DNA of 41,609 bases from Candidatus Bathyarchaeota archaeon (lineage in GTDB: Archaea > Thermoproteota > Bathyarchaeia > 40CM-2-53-6 > RBG-13-38-9): positions 1 through 41,609 of the forward strand of contig JAGTQO010000004.1 in NCBI GenBank assembly GCA_018396565.1. Reading direction: 5' to 3'. Made by a program: the position numbers and the translations under genes. How positions within the stretch are numbered: position 1 is the first letter of the stretch; the number at the start of each line of letters is the position of its first letter. Below are positions 1 to 8,358 of the stretch, one piece after another. The notes under the pieces were generated by a model that worked only from the letters and a program-made list of their open reading frames with translations, made no database searches and was not told the DNA's origin.

Positions 1-631
1 AGGGCATCCCTATCCCATACAGGTTCAATAGCTGGTTCAGAGAGCGTCGTCGACGCAGGTTTGAGGTAGGCTTGTATGCTCAGGGTGAATGATGTTGACG
101 ATATCTTCAACGCAGCCATAGCACTGATGAACCAGCCTCTGCCGAAAGGGGATAGAGTAGGAATAATCAGCAATGCAGGTGGGTTGGCGGTCTTGGTGTC
201 AGACTGGTGCAGTAAGTTCGGCCTACAGATTCGTGTTGCCAAGTGAAGTTCAGAGAAAAATCAAAAATTTTCTGCCACCAATAGCTTCAACTTCAAACCC
301 TATAGATATGACTGGTGGGGCTGACTATGAATGTTACAGGAACGTGCTTGATACGATTCTGGCTGAGGACACGATAGATTCTGTAATATGCATATTCGTC
401 TCCCAAGGATTGGTTACGGCTGCGCAGCCTGCTAGGGCGGTCGTAGAAGTAGCTGACAGATACAGTAAACCTGTCCTAGCATTTTGGATGGGTGAGAGGA
501 GTACGAGGGAGGCCGTTGAAATTTTGAGGAGAGGCCGGATCCCATGTTATCCGTCACCCTCGAGGGTTGCCATGGCTGCGTCAACCATCGTATCTTATAG
601 CAGACTCAAGAAAACCCTAAATCAAACTTAA
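1..631 (+). pseudogene. C-terminal part of an ADP-forming acetyl-CoA synthetase alpha-like (CoA-ligase domain) paralog, disrupted by an in-frame TAG and a +1 frameshift
   Basis: Frame 1 from nt 1 reads RASLSHTGSIAGSESVVDAGLR*ACMLRVNDVDDIFNAAIALMNQPLPKGDRVGIISNAGGLAVLVSDWCSKFGLQI. This is collinear with the intact paralog at 8359..9750 (AAMSHTASLAADDAILDAALKQAGVIRVNNYMDLVNYTKAF...KVGVITPSGGLGVISADACQLLGLDL). TAG at 67-69 interrupts it and the frame ends at TGA 244-246. The homologous continuation (LPSEVQRKIKNFLPP..NPIDMTGGADYE..) lies in frame 2 (ORF 173..631). Confidence 0.55.
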
Positions 632-695
632 TATCCTCTCCTAGGAGACATCCCAATAACATCCATGGCCAGTTTGATTAGAACATCTTGATCAG

Positions 696-1925
696 TTGAT
701 CTCTATGGGCTTGGAGTCTGCTGCTGAACAGCAACCGCTGGAGAACTATAGATGGTTGATGCTCTCCTTTGCATGGTTGATATACTTCTGTTTCGGCCTG
801 ATATGTTTCTCTATCGCGCCTCTTGTGACTCCTGTGATGAGTGAGCTCAAGCTTACCTATACGCAGGTTGGAGTCGCGGCCGGCGCTTGGCCCCTCATCT
901 ACATCGCCTCAGCCTATCCTGAAGGTTTACTGATAGATAAACTAGGTCTATGGAGGTCCCTGTTCCTGGGCTTGATCGTGATATCAGCGTCTAGTATGCT
1001 AAGGGCGCTGGCCTTCGACTTTCCAAGTCTATTCGGCTCAATAGCCATATTCGGTTTTGGAGCACCGATGGTCTCTGTTGGCCTACCGAAACTTGTGGCC
1101 ACATGGTTCACTGGTCGGGAGAGGGGAACCGCCTCAGGAATATATTTTACAGGCGTATCTTCTGGAACAGCCTTCTCCCTTGGTGCAACCAACAGTCTGA
1201 TCCTCCCATATCTTGGAAGTTGGAGGAGCTGTTTCCTCCTATACGGTTCAGTAGCCCTGGCTACTTCGGTTCTTTGGCTCCTCCTAGGTAGATCGTCTCA
1301 CAAGAATATGCGGAGTCCAACTGTCAGGGGGCGCGGGGTCTGGGGCGGAGTCTCCGAGCTTCTGAAGTATAGGGACCTATGGTTGGTAATCATCATAGGT
1401 TCAACGACATTCATAGTCGCTCACGGCCTCAACAACTGGTTGCCTAAAATTTTGGAGTCATACTATCTCCAAGCAGCAACTGCTGGATTGCTGGCTGCGA
1501 TCTTCAGTCTATGCAGGATAGTCGGTAGTCTAGGCATCCCAAAGGTCTCTTACATGTTCGGATCGAGGAAATTGGTGGTCTCATCAACCCTGCTGATGGT
1601 AGCTATCTCAATACTGCTTGTGGCGGCTGGTGGAGGTTTATGGGTGATTCTTGGAATAGCTGCATGCGGTATCGGTGTCGGAGCTTTGCCCCCACTCCTT
1701 CTCACCATTCTGATGGATATGCCAGAGGTAGGTTCGAGGAGAATGGGTTCGGCCGGGGGACTATACTTTTCATTTGGGGAAGTGGGTGGGGTTCTCGGGC
1801 CCATCCTCATAGGATTCTTCAGGGACCTCACAGGCTCATTTCTTACAGGTTTATTGACGGTGACGTCACTTATAACATTCATGTTTATACTGAGCCTCTT
1901 CATGAGGAACCCCCCTTCTCCCTGA
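696..1925 (+). CDS. MFS-type transporter
   Basis: 409-aa ORF with about 12 hydrophobic segments and a G/A-rich helix pattern typical of the major facilitator superfamily. ATG at 705 is an alternative start. Confidence 0.7.
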   Translation: MISMGLESAAEQQPLENYRWLMLSFAWLIYFCFGLICFSIAPLVTPVMSELKLTYTQVGVAAGAWPLIYIASAYPEGLLIDKLGLWRSLFLGLIVISASSMLRALAFDFPSLFGSIAIFGFGAPMVSVGLPKLVATWFTGRERGTASGIYFTGVSSGTAFSLGATNSLILPYLGSWRSCFLLYGSVALATSVLWLLLGRSSHKNMRSPTVRGRGVWGGVSELLKYRDLWLVIIIGSTTFIVAHGLNNWLPKILESYYLQAATAGLLAAIFSLCRIVGSLGIPKVSYMFGSRKLVVSSTLLMVAISILLVAAGGGLWVILGIAACGIGVGALPPLLLTILMDMPEVGSRRMGSAGGLYFSFGEVGGVLGPILIGFFRDLTGSFLTGLLTVTSLITFMFILSLFMRNPPSP

Positions 1926-2016
1926 TCTTATTCTTGAAGGCGAGGTTTATGATGTGGTGGTCGATCAATAGATGTACCAAGTCATGTGCTCGGTAACATT
2001 AGACCTCATCTACCTC

Positions 2017-3240
2017 TCATAGAAACTCGAAGTTCAAAGCAGATTTCAACATCTTCCCTCTTAAAGATCGATTCCTTACCGCCATTATCTTTGTGTTATG
2101 GAAGAAGTGGTAATTGAACTTGGTTCTCTGTCCCCCCCTCTTTCTTGGTATTGGGACGAGCCTAGCGATGAGGGGTTTATCCAAGATCAAGGCTAGGGCT
2201 GACATATCCAGCATGATCGACGCTACCTCCCTCTCCGATACGTCTCCTGGGATCGGTATCATGTCTGGACCACAGCCGCAGACTGAAGAATATAGTAATA
2301 GACTGTCCACACTCAGAAAACCTTCATCGTTGCTACGGGCTAAATATCTGTCTTCGAGAACAGGATACATAACCCCTGTGAAACCTACTGTTCGAATTGG
2401 TAGATCTCTCTCCAAACACTTCAAAATATTTGTTAGGTACGATGTTAGGAAGAGTGTTCCATTCACACCGAAAGTCTCGGCTCCCAAATATTCAACGGCC
2501 CTGCCTATCGACTGGCTCTCCGTAGGATACGGGGCCAAGGACAGGTCGATCCCATAATACTTCACACCACTCTCAGACTCAACCTCACTTGCGATACTGT
2601 CTATCTTCTCAAGCTCCGTAGACAAGGCCTTACGGATCCTATCCCTAATCTCCGTCAAATCTCCTCCGGCCCTGACGCTGTCAATTACCAGATCTATGGC
2701 TTCGAGTCCTATTGAGAATCCGTTCTCACCCCTATGCCATGAGTATGGGAAGAAGGCACCGTTAGGCTTCACGTTTGCGCTGACGCAGAACCTGAAGTTG
2801 TCGAATCCGTCACTCCTTAACCTAGAGATCTTCAAAACCTGCCTCGCACATTCAAGGATCACCTCGAAGTTGATTCTGCCTCCCCGGGTTGCTATCACAT
2901 TAGAGAAGGCTATCTCCGAGCTACGCATGATCGTCGGCAGTGTCTTGACGAATCTTAGGTGTGTAGTATCATAGCACTCTCCTATAGGGATGCAGAACCA
3001 GTCTACCCCCCCACTCCTGCAAAGTCGGTCGACCTCTTTCACAAGTCGACCTACCCCCTCAGGATTCAAACCATCTATCTCGATGAGGGGCTGTGTGCAC
3101 AATCTTGTTGTTCTCACTTTCGGATATCTGTCTGTAAGCCTCCTTCTGACTGTGGCCACTATTCCAGCAGCCTTACGTATAGTCTCCTCGTTACTATCCT
3201 TTCGAAGATTGAAGCCGACAGTTATGGATCTTAGATTCAT
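2017..3240 (-). CDS. UPF0210 / DUF711 family protein
   Basis: The long ORF has an internal Met giving the N-terminus MNLRSITVGFNL, which recalls the characteristic UPF0210 start. The ~400-aa length also fits. The start was moved from 3273 to the ATG at 3240. Confidence 0.5.
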   Translation of the reverse strand: MNLRSITVGFNLRKDSNEETIRKAAGIVATVRRRLTDRYPKVRTTRLCTQPLIEIDGLNPEGVGRLVKEVDRLCRSGGVDWFCIPIGECYDTTHLRFVKTLPTIMRSSEIAFSNVIATRGGRINFEVILECARQVLKISRLRSDGFDNFRFCVSANVKPNGAFFPYSWHRGENGFSIGLEAIDLVIDSVRAGGDLTEIRDRIRKALSTELEKIDSIASEVESESGVKYYGIDLSLAPYPTESQSIGRAVEYLGAETFGVNGTLFLTSYLTNILKCLERDLPIRTVGFTGVMYPVLEDRYLARSNDEGFLSVDSLLLYSSVCGCGPDMIPIPGDVSEREVASIMLDMSALALILDKPLIARLVPIPRKRGGQRTKFNYHFFHNTKIMAVRNRSLRGKMLKSALNFEFL

Positions 3241-3579
3241 AAATACCGATTCTATTTGGAAGGCTAAAAACATTAGCTAAAAGTTTAATGGAGTGACAGA
3301 CATGAACCTCCCCAACCTTTGCCTTAATGATGTGCTGAATACTTGACGCTGCTCAATTTCCAATCTCAAATCTGTGAGAGAACCTGAGGAGCAGTTGGTG
3401 GGGTGACTCTTCCCACTCAAAATATAATCATCAGTAGTTTATCTAAGCTGATGAGACTCTGCTTATAGGCAACTCTCAACGTGTAATATCAGTGGGCTGC
3501 AAATAGGGTATATGCCTTGATTTCAAGTTTGACCTTAAGGTTGATGTAAATCTTGTTCAAACTGAAGAGCATCGAGGTC

Positions 3580-3975
3580 CTACTCCTCTTTCAGCTTCTC
3601 AGATATTGACTTCAACCTCCCACCCTCAAGAATTCTTATCTTCACATCGAATCTCGGCTTCAACCCTAGGGTTCTGAGTATGTAGAGGAGTTGACCCTCA
3701 TCCAGAGCCTCGCTTATCTCCCCCCTGAGCACCATGCGGGCGAGACCGTCCTCAAGCCTCTTCATGACTTGGGGGTACTGTCTGCAGGCTACATCCCAAA
3801 CCTCCTCCGCCCTGCCGACAAATATTTTCTTTAAGACTTCCCTCGAATCGATCTTCTTTATACCCGCCTCTAAACCAACCCTTCTATCTTCTTCAATCTT
3901 CTTTGCTAGAAGTCTCCTCTGCATCTCCAATAGTTTACGCTTCTTGAGGAGATCCAGATCAGTATCCTCAGACAT
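3580..3975 (-). CDS. Divergent PDCD5/TFAR19-like (dsDNA_bind) protein, paralog of 7471..7815
   Basis: The N-terminal LLKKRKLLEMQRRL helix and the C-terminal IFVGRAEEVWDV..YPQVMKRLEDGLARMVLRGEISEALDEGQLLYIL...VKIRI follow the layout of the canonical copy ([10 protein letters not shown]...[55 protein letters not shown]). Confidence 0.45.
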   Translation of the reverse strand: MSEDTDLDLLKKRKLLEMQRRLLAKKIEEDRRVGLEAGIKKIDSREVLKKIFVGRAEEVWDVACRQYPQVMKRLEDGLARMVLRGEISEALDEGQLLYILRTLGLKPRFDVKIRILEGGRLKSISEKLKEE

Positions 3976-4038
3976 TTAGTCACTCGCCCTTGACTATCAA
4001 CAGAGTTGGTTTGATGGTTAAAAACATATTTTCAAAGA

Positions 4039-5409
4039 TCAAACGGTTGGAATATTACGTTTTCTCACCATCTCGTATATCTCGTTACACCACCATCTTT
4101 CAGGATTTATCTCTTCACCATCCGAAACCTCATCTAAATGTAGTAGTATGCGTCTGAGGGTTTTTCCTCCCCTTGCCGTAAGTCGCTTCCACAAAATTCT
4201 TGTGGTTGAGTTGAGTCTACTCCATGGGCAGACGCTGATGCATACTCCGCAGTTCGTCCCTCCAACAGCGAAGTAAGCTCTGCACCTCTCCTGATTATTT
4301 ATCCACCTGAGAGGTCCAACACTCTCTGAGATAGTCGGGGCGTCGACGTCATTCTTCTCAAGTCCTACGGTTCTCGGACCATGTGGAATCGCCTGGGCTG
4401 GACAGCGCCTTGAGCATTTTCTGCATTCCTCACAGAAATCGTGGATACCGAATGTTACGGGTCTATCTGTGGCGAGGGGGAGGTCAGTTATCACCTTTGC
4501 TAGCCTGATCCTTGGACCATACTCTGGACTGATTAGGCATCCACCTATCCTCCCATCCTCACCCAGACCTGCGTCTATAGCTATTGGAACATTCAAAGCA
4601 GTATCGTTGGAACTTGGTATGGCATTGTATCCCAATCCTCGGATAAACTCTGCAAGGGATGCTACTGTCTGTATTATGGTTCTGTATCCGTACATTAGTG
4701 TCCCAGCGAAAGCAACCGCTGTAGGTGCTGTTCTGATAGACTCGTAATCCATCTCAAACCCCAGCGATATAGCGTACCTCATCTCTTTCGGTATAACTTG
4801 GGTTCCGTCCTCGAGCTGGGTGGGTTCAACATAATCTTCATAACCTGACTCATCTGAGAAAACTATGGGTGGGTTTCTATGGGGTGAAGCCCTGTTATCG
4901 TACCAGTGTGAGTATACCCACCTCCTATCAAGTGTCGTAATCCTCACGATGGATGCTCCGAACCACATGGCAACCTTCTTGATCAGCCTGGACATCTTTG
5001 TTTCATCGGTAACCTCAAATCTCTCGGCTCCAACGCATCTGTATGTGGGTGTCCTCAAAGGGGTCCAAGATAAGAATCCCGAGTTAGGATAGTTGATGTC
5101 TGTACCGAAGCTTCTCGCCATCGTATATGCTGCATCTGCTAAGGCGTAGTCGAGTATAGTGTAGCCGGCTACACCTCTGGCTGCGAGTTTTTTCATATTC
5201 TCCTCTTGAATATCAAGCTTCTCTCTCAAGGCTTCATCCCAAAAAGGTCTTCCTATGGTGAGGTTATACTTCTGGTTGAACCTGGTGTATCCACTTTTAA
5301 CCTTATATGTTGGTTTATCCAATTCCTCGACGCCGATGAACCTCCTTAATGATCTCTGGAGGTTCAGGGTCCTATCGAAATGCCTCAACTTAGAATCTAG
5401 CGTCAACAT
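4039..5409 (-). CDS. Reductive dehalogenase (RdhA)-like Fe-S protein, cytoplasmic type
   Basis: The C-terminus has FCEECRKCSRRCPAQAI (CxxCxxCxxxCP) and CRAYFAVGGTNCGVCISVCPW (C-x10-C-x2-C-x3-CP), the two-cluster signature of RdhA. The ~455-aa size fits. The start was placed at Met32 of the ORF (MLTLDSK) to avoid overlap with nep1. Confidence 0.55.
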   Translation of the reverse strand: MLTLDSKLRHFDRTLNLQRSLRRFIGVEELDKPTYKVKSGYTRFNQKYNLTIGRPFWDEALREKLDIQEENMKKLAARGVAGYTILDYALADAAYTMARSFGTDINYPNSGFLSWTPLRTPTYRCVGAERFEVTDETKMSRLIKKVAMWFGASIVRITTLDRRWVYSHWYDNRASPHRNPPIVFSDESGYEDYVEPTQLEDGTQVIPKEMRYAISLGFEMDYESIRTAPTAVAFAGTLMYGYRTIIQTVASLAEFIRGLGYNAIPSSNDTALNVPIAIDAGLGEDGRIGGCLISPEYGPRIRLAKVITDLPLATDRPVTFGIHDFCEECRKCSRRCPAQAIPHGPRTVGLEKNDVDAPTISESVGPLRWINNQERCRAYFAVGGTNCGVCISVCPWSRLNSTTRILWKRLTARGGKTLRRILLHLDEVSDGEEINPERWWCNEIYEMVRKRNIPTV

Positions 5410-5479
5410 GCTGGATTCTCTCCTAAGGATCTTCGATCCCAATAACCCGGCATACAATACATTAAATGTAAAATCCACC

Positions 5480-6184
5480 TCACCTATTCTGAACAACCTC
5501 ATCAGCTCCGGTTACATCTATATATGCAAATATTAGCCAGGAAGTCACTGTCCAGCTGTCGAGTCCCGAACTGTATATTCTGAATGTCTTATCTAGGAGG
5601 CTGATGGTTTCCTTGGAGAAGTGGCCTCTGGGGAAACCCCCTACTAGAACAGCCGGCCTATCATGGCTCGCAATCAAACCTACAACATCTTTGATCCCTC
5701 TACTCTCTCCCCTCATCGATATCTCAACCTTCAATGTTGGATCTATGTTTCTGAGCAGCTCTTCAACCCCCATTCCTCTGATTTTCATTAAAGGTTCACC
5801 CTCTGGAGGTACCTGGCCAAACTCGTATAGTTGCTCCATTAAACCTTTGAATCTCTCGCTGTTTCTGGGAACTCTTACTTTTGGAGAGATGAATATGACT
5901 TCGTCATTTCTTGTATGTATATAGATCTTCAAGTTTCCAGTCAAGTTTAGGGGTGAGCTCAAGGCTGTCAGTAAGGTGATATGTATTATGTCTGGTCTAC
6001 CCCTTCTATGGGCATCCCTTAACCCCGCCATCGCTTGATGGTGGTAGGACCTGTCGAGTATGAGCTGCTCAGGCCTCTTACACCGCTTCCTAGCGTCCTT
6101 CACGATCGAAGGGTGATCTAATATCTCCCTTGGAACAGGCTCCAAAGCAGATTCGGCGAGAACTATGAATAGCAAGTCTGCCAC
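5480..6184 (-). CDS. nep1: rRNA small-subunit pseudouridine methyltransferase Nep1/Emg1
   Basis: LILDRSYHHQAM...RGRPDIIHITLL and the SPOUT-like C-terminus are typical of Nep1. The start codon is GTG. Confidence 0.8.
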   Translation of the reverse strand: MADLLFIVLAESALEPVPREILDHPSIVKDARKRCKRPEQLILDRSYHHQAMAGLRDAHRRGRPDIIHITLLTALSSPLNLTGNLKIYIHTRNDEVIFISPKVRVPRNSERFKGLMEQLYEFGQVPPEGEPLMKIRGMGVEELLRNIDPTLKVEISMRGESRGIKDVVGLIASHDRPAVLVGGFPRGHFSKETISLLDKTFRIYSSGLDSWTVTSWLIFAYIDVTGADEVVQNR

Positions 6185-6229
6185 GAAGATTTAACTCTTA
6201 AGAATCATAATTTAAATTGGGATGGTCCC

Positions 6230-6574
6230 ATGGCGAGGATCAGTAGCCGTTATAAGGAGCTGGCCTCAGAGAGAATAGAGAGACTCTTCGAGTTGGCTGG
6301 AGAATGTTTCAAGGAGAACCCCCACCTCGCGGACAGATATGTGGAGCTTGCGAGAAAGATAGGGATGAAGTGTCGGGTAAGGATTCCAAAACACCTGAAG
6401 ATGCGTTTCTGCAAGGGGTGCGGTTCATACCTTGTTTTCGGAGTCAACTCAAGGGTTAGGACAAGACCTGAAGGGGATGGGAGGGTTGTTGTTACATGTC
6501 TAAAATGCGGGGTGGTCAAAAGATATCCGATGTTAAGGGAGAAGGCCCATCGAAGAAAAAGTTTCGGAGACTGA
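6230..6574 (+). CDS. rnp4: RNase P protein component 4 (Rpp21/Rpr2)
   Basis: An N-terminal helical ERIERLFELA...ADRYVELARKI is followed by the zinc ribbon FCKGCGSYL...VVVTCLKCG. Confidence 0.8.
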   Translation: MARISSRYKELASERIERLFELAGECFKENPHLADRYVELARKIGMKCRVRIPKHLKMRFCKGCGSYLVFGVNSRVRTRPEGDGRVVVTCLKCGVVKRYPMLREKAHRRKSFGD

Positions 6575-6834
6575 GTGAAAGATCCGCTTCCGCCAAGCCT
6601 AAGATCTGGGTCGGTAAGGCCGGTCTTACAGATGAGTTTATCACACAGCTTAAGAAGCAGCTTAAGGTCGATAAACTTGTTAAGGTGAAAGTTCAAAAGA
6701 GTTTCGCTTCGGTACATGGGATGAATGAGATCACCGGGGCGGCTGCCGCCGCGACAGGAGCGTACGTCATCGATGTGAGGGGTAGGACATTCACCCTTTA
6801 CAGGGAGAAGGACGATGTGTCTGAAACTTCTTGA
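6496..6834 (+). CDS. YhbY/CRS1-type RNA-binding protein (UPF0044)
   Basis: KPKIWVGKAGLTDEFITQLKKQLKVDKLVKVKV ... FTLYRE matches the YhbY/CRM domain pattern. The 5' end overlaps rnp4 by 70-79 nt in another frame. Confidence 0.6.
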   Translation: MSKMRGGQKISDVKGEGPSKKKFRRLSERSASAKPKIWVGKAGLTDEFITQLKKQLKVDKLVKVKVQKSFASVHGMNEITGAAAAATGAYVIDVRGRTFTLYREKDDVSETS

Positions 6835-7015
6835 CGATGTCTGTTTTTAGCCTTCATTTGAGTGAGCATTTTGGAAATAGAATATTTGAAATCGTTAGGT
6901 TAACATATATATTACAGGTTAAACCTTTACCCTACTTAATTCTACGAAAACTTATATTGTGCGTTTCAGTCAAGTGGTTAAAGTCAAACTGAAATATTGA
7001 TGAAGAAAAGGGGCG

Positions 7016-7468
7016 ATGCATTACTTGCCGACACCTTTCGATGTTCCGGCAGACGAGATGATCAAAAGGCTGGCCACATACCTCAAGGAGAATATAGGCG
7101 AGGTCACACCGCCGGCTTGGTCCCTCACATCGAAGACCGGATCACATACTGAACATCCTCCACAAGACCCTGATTGGTGGTACACAAGGTGCGCCTCTAT
7201 CCTACGTAAACTCTACATTCACGGCCCCACAGGAGTATCTAGGTTAAGGTCTGAGTATGGTGGGCGGAAGAGGCGTGGAACAAGAAGAGAACATGTTAGG
7301 CGTGGAGGTGGATCATCTGTTAGGGAGCCTCTCCAGCAATTGGAGAGAGCGAAATTGGTGGCAAAGGTTAACAAGAAGGGTCGTGGACTCACAAGTGAAG
7401 GCGTGAGTTTACTGAACAGGATCGCTGCGGAGATATTGAAAGAGAGTAAGGTTGAAGGTGGAAGGTGA
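7016..7468 (+). CDS. rps19e: 30S ribosomal protein S19e
   Basis: [51 protein letters not shown] is canonical eS19. Confidence 0.9.
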   Translation: MHYLPTPFDVPADEMIKRLATYLKENIGEVTPPAWSLTSKTGSHTEHPPQDPDWWYTRCASILRKLYIHGPTGVSRLRSEYGGRKRRGTRREHVRRGGGSSVREPLQQLERAKLVAKVNKKGRGLTSEGVSLLNRIAAEILKESKVEGGR

Positions 7469-7470
7469 GG

Positions 7471-7815
7471 ATGAGTATCGGCGAGCCAACGGATGAGGAG
7501 CTTGAGCTTATCCGTAGAAGGAAACTCTCTGAACTTCAACGTGCCATGGCTGATGAGCAGAAGGCTGAGAGATTACAGAGTCAACTTGAGGCTCAGAAGC
7601 AAAGTATTCTCAGGGTGATACTTACACCTGAGGCTAGGCAGAGGTTGACGAACATAAAAATGGTGAGGCCTGAGTTTGCTGAGCAGATTGAACTCCAGCT
7701 TATCCAGCTCGCCCAGGCTGGGAGGATCCGTGTTCCACTGACTGACGAGCAGCTTAAGGAGACGCTGAGGAGGATCCAAAGCCAGAGGAGAGAGATTAAG
7801 ATAAGGAGGATCTAG
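7471..7815 (+). CDS. DNA-binding protein, PDCD5/TFAR19 homolog
   Basis: It occupies the conserved archaeal position between rps19e and rpl39e and has the dsDNA_bind motif pattern. GGTGA precedes ATG 7471. Confidence 0.8.
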   Translation: MSIGEPTDEELELIRRRKLSELQRAMADEQKAERLQSQLEAQKQSILRVILTPEARQRLTNIKMVRPEFAEQIELQLIQLAQAGRIRVPLTDEQLKETLRRIQSQRREIKIRRI

Positions 7816-7817
7816 AT

Positions 7818-7974
7818 TTGGCCAGAAATAAGCCGGTATCGAAGAAGAGGAGGTTAGGTCGGGCCCATAAGAGGAGCAGACCTGTACCGACATGGGTTGT
7901 CGCTAAAACTCGTGGAAAGGTGAGGGCTACCTCCAGGAGGAGGCATTGGAGAAGAAGCAAACTAAAGATTTAGG
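7818..7974 (+). CDS. rpl39e: 50S ribosomal protein L39e, interrupted by an apparent 1-nt insertion (frameshift at about 7919-7921)
   Basis: TTG start at 7818 with AGGAGG 7 nt upstream. Frame 0 gives (M)ARNKPVSKKRRLGRAHKRSRPVPTWVVAKTRGK. The conserved C-terminus VRATSRRRHWRRSKLKI* is in the +1 frame (7921..7974). It is not in the supplied ORF track. Confidence 0.7.
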
Positions 7975-7984
7975 GTGAGAATCC

Positions 7985-8332
7985 ATGTCATCGAACAAGA
8001 GCAGTGAAGAGCCTGAAGAAGTTGAGGAGATAGAGGAGGTTGAGGAGAAGCCTGTTGAAGCTGAAGAAGTGGAGGTTGTTGAGGAGAAGTTCTACACGAT
8101 CAACTTAAGGGATGTTTGGACTACTCCAAGGGGGAGGAGAACCCCTAAAGCCATCAGGGTCTTGAAAGATTACATAAGAAGACATATGAAGGTTGAGGAT
8201 TTCAAGATAAGCAATGAAGTCAACCAAATGGTTTGGGGCATGTCCTTAAAGAAGCCTCCTAGGAGATTGATTGTGAGGGCCGTCAAGGATAAGGAAGGGA
8301 ATGTGATAATATTTCCAGCCAAGTCTACTTGA
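7985..8332 (+). CDS. rpl31e: 50S ribosomal protein L31e with an acidic N-terminal extension
   Basis: FYTINLRDVWTTPRGRRTPKAIRVLKDYIRRHMK is canonical eL31. GGGTGAG precedes the ATG. Confidence 0.85.
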   Translation: MSSNKSSEEPEEVEEIEEVEEKPVEAEEVEVVEEKFYTINLRDVWTTPRGRRTPKAIRVLKDYIRRHMKVEDFKISNEVNQMVWGMSLKKPPRRLIVRAVKDKEGNVIIFPAKST

Positions 8333-8358
8333 GCTATGTTGGGAATCCGTGGCGTCGA

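Noticed and set aside
914-1903. ORFs antisense to or overlapping the first MFS gene (914..1192-, 1103..1291+, 1550..1903-, 1640..1996+).
   Set aside because: They lie fully inside a long ORF with clear transporter features. Their sequences are Pro/Arg/Ser-rich and lack motifs, as expected for shadow ORFs.
6250-6717. 155-aa minus-strand ORF.
   Set aside because: It is antisense to both rnp4 and the YhbY-like gene, and both have clear family motifs.
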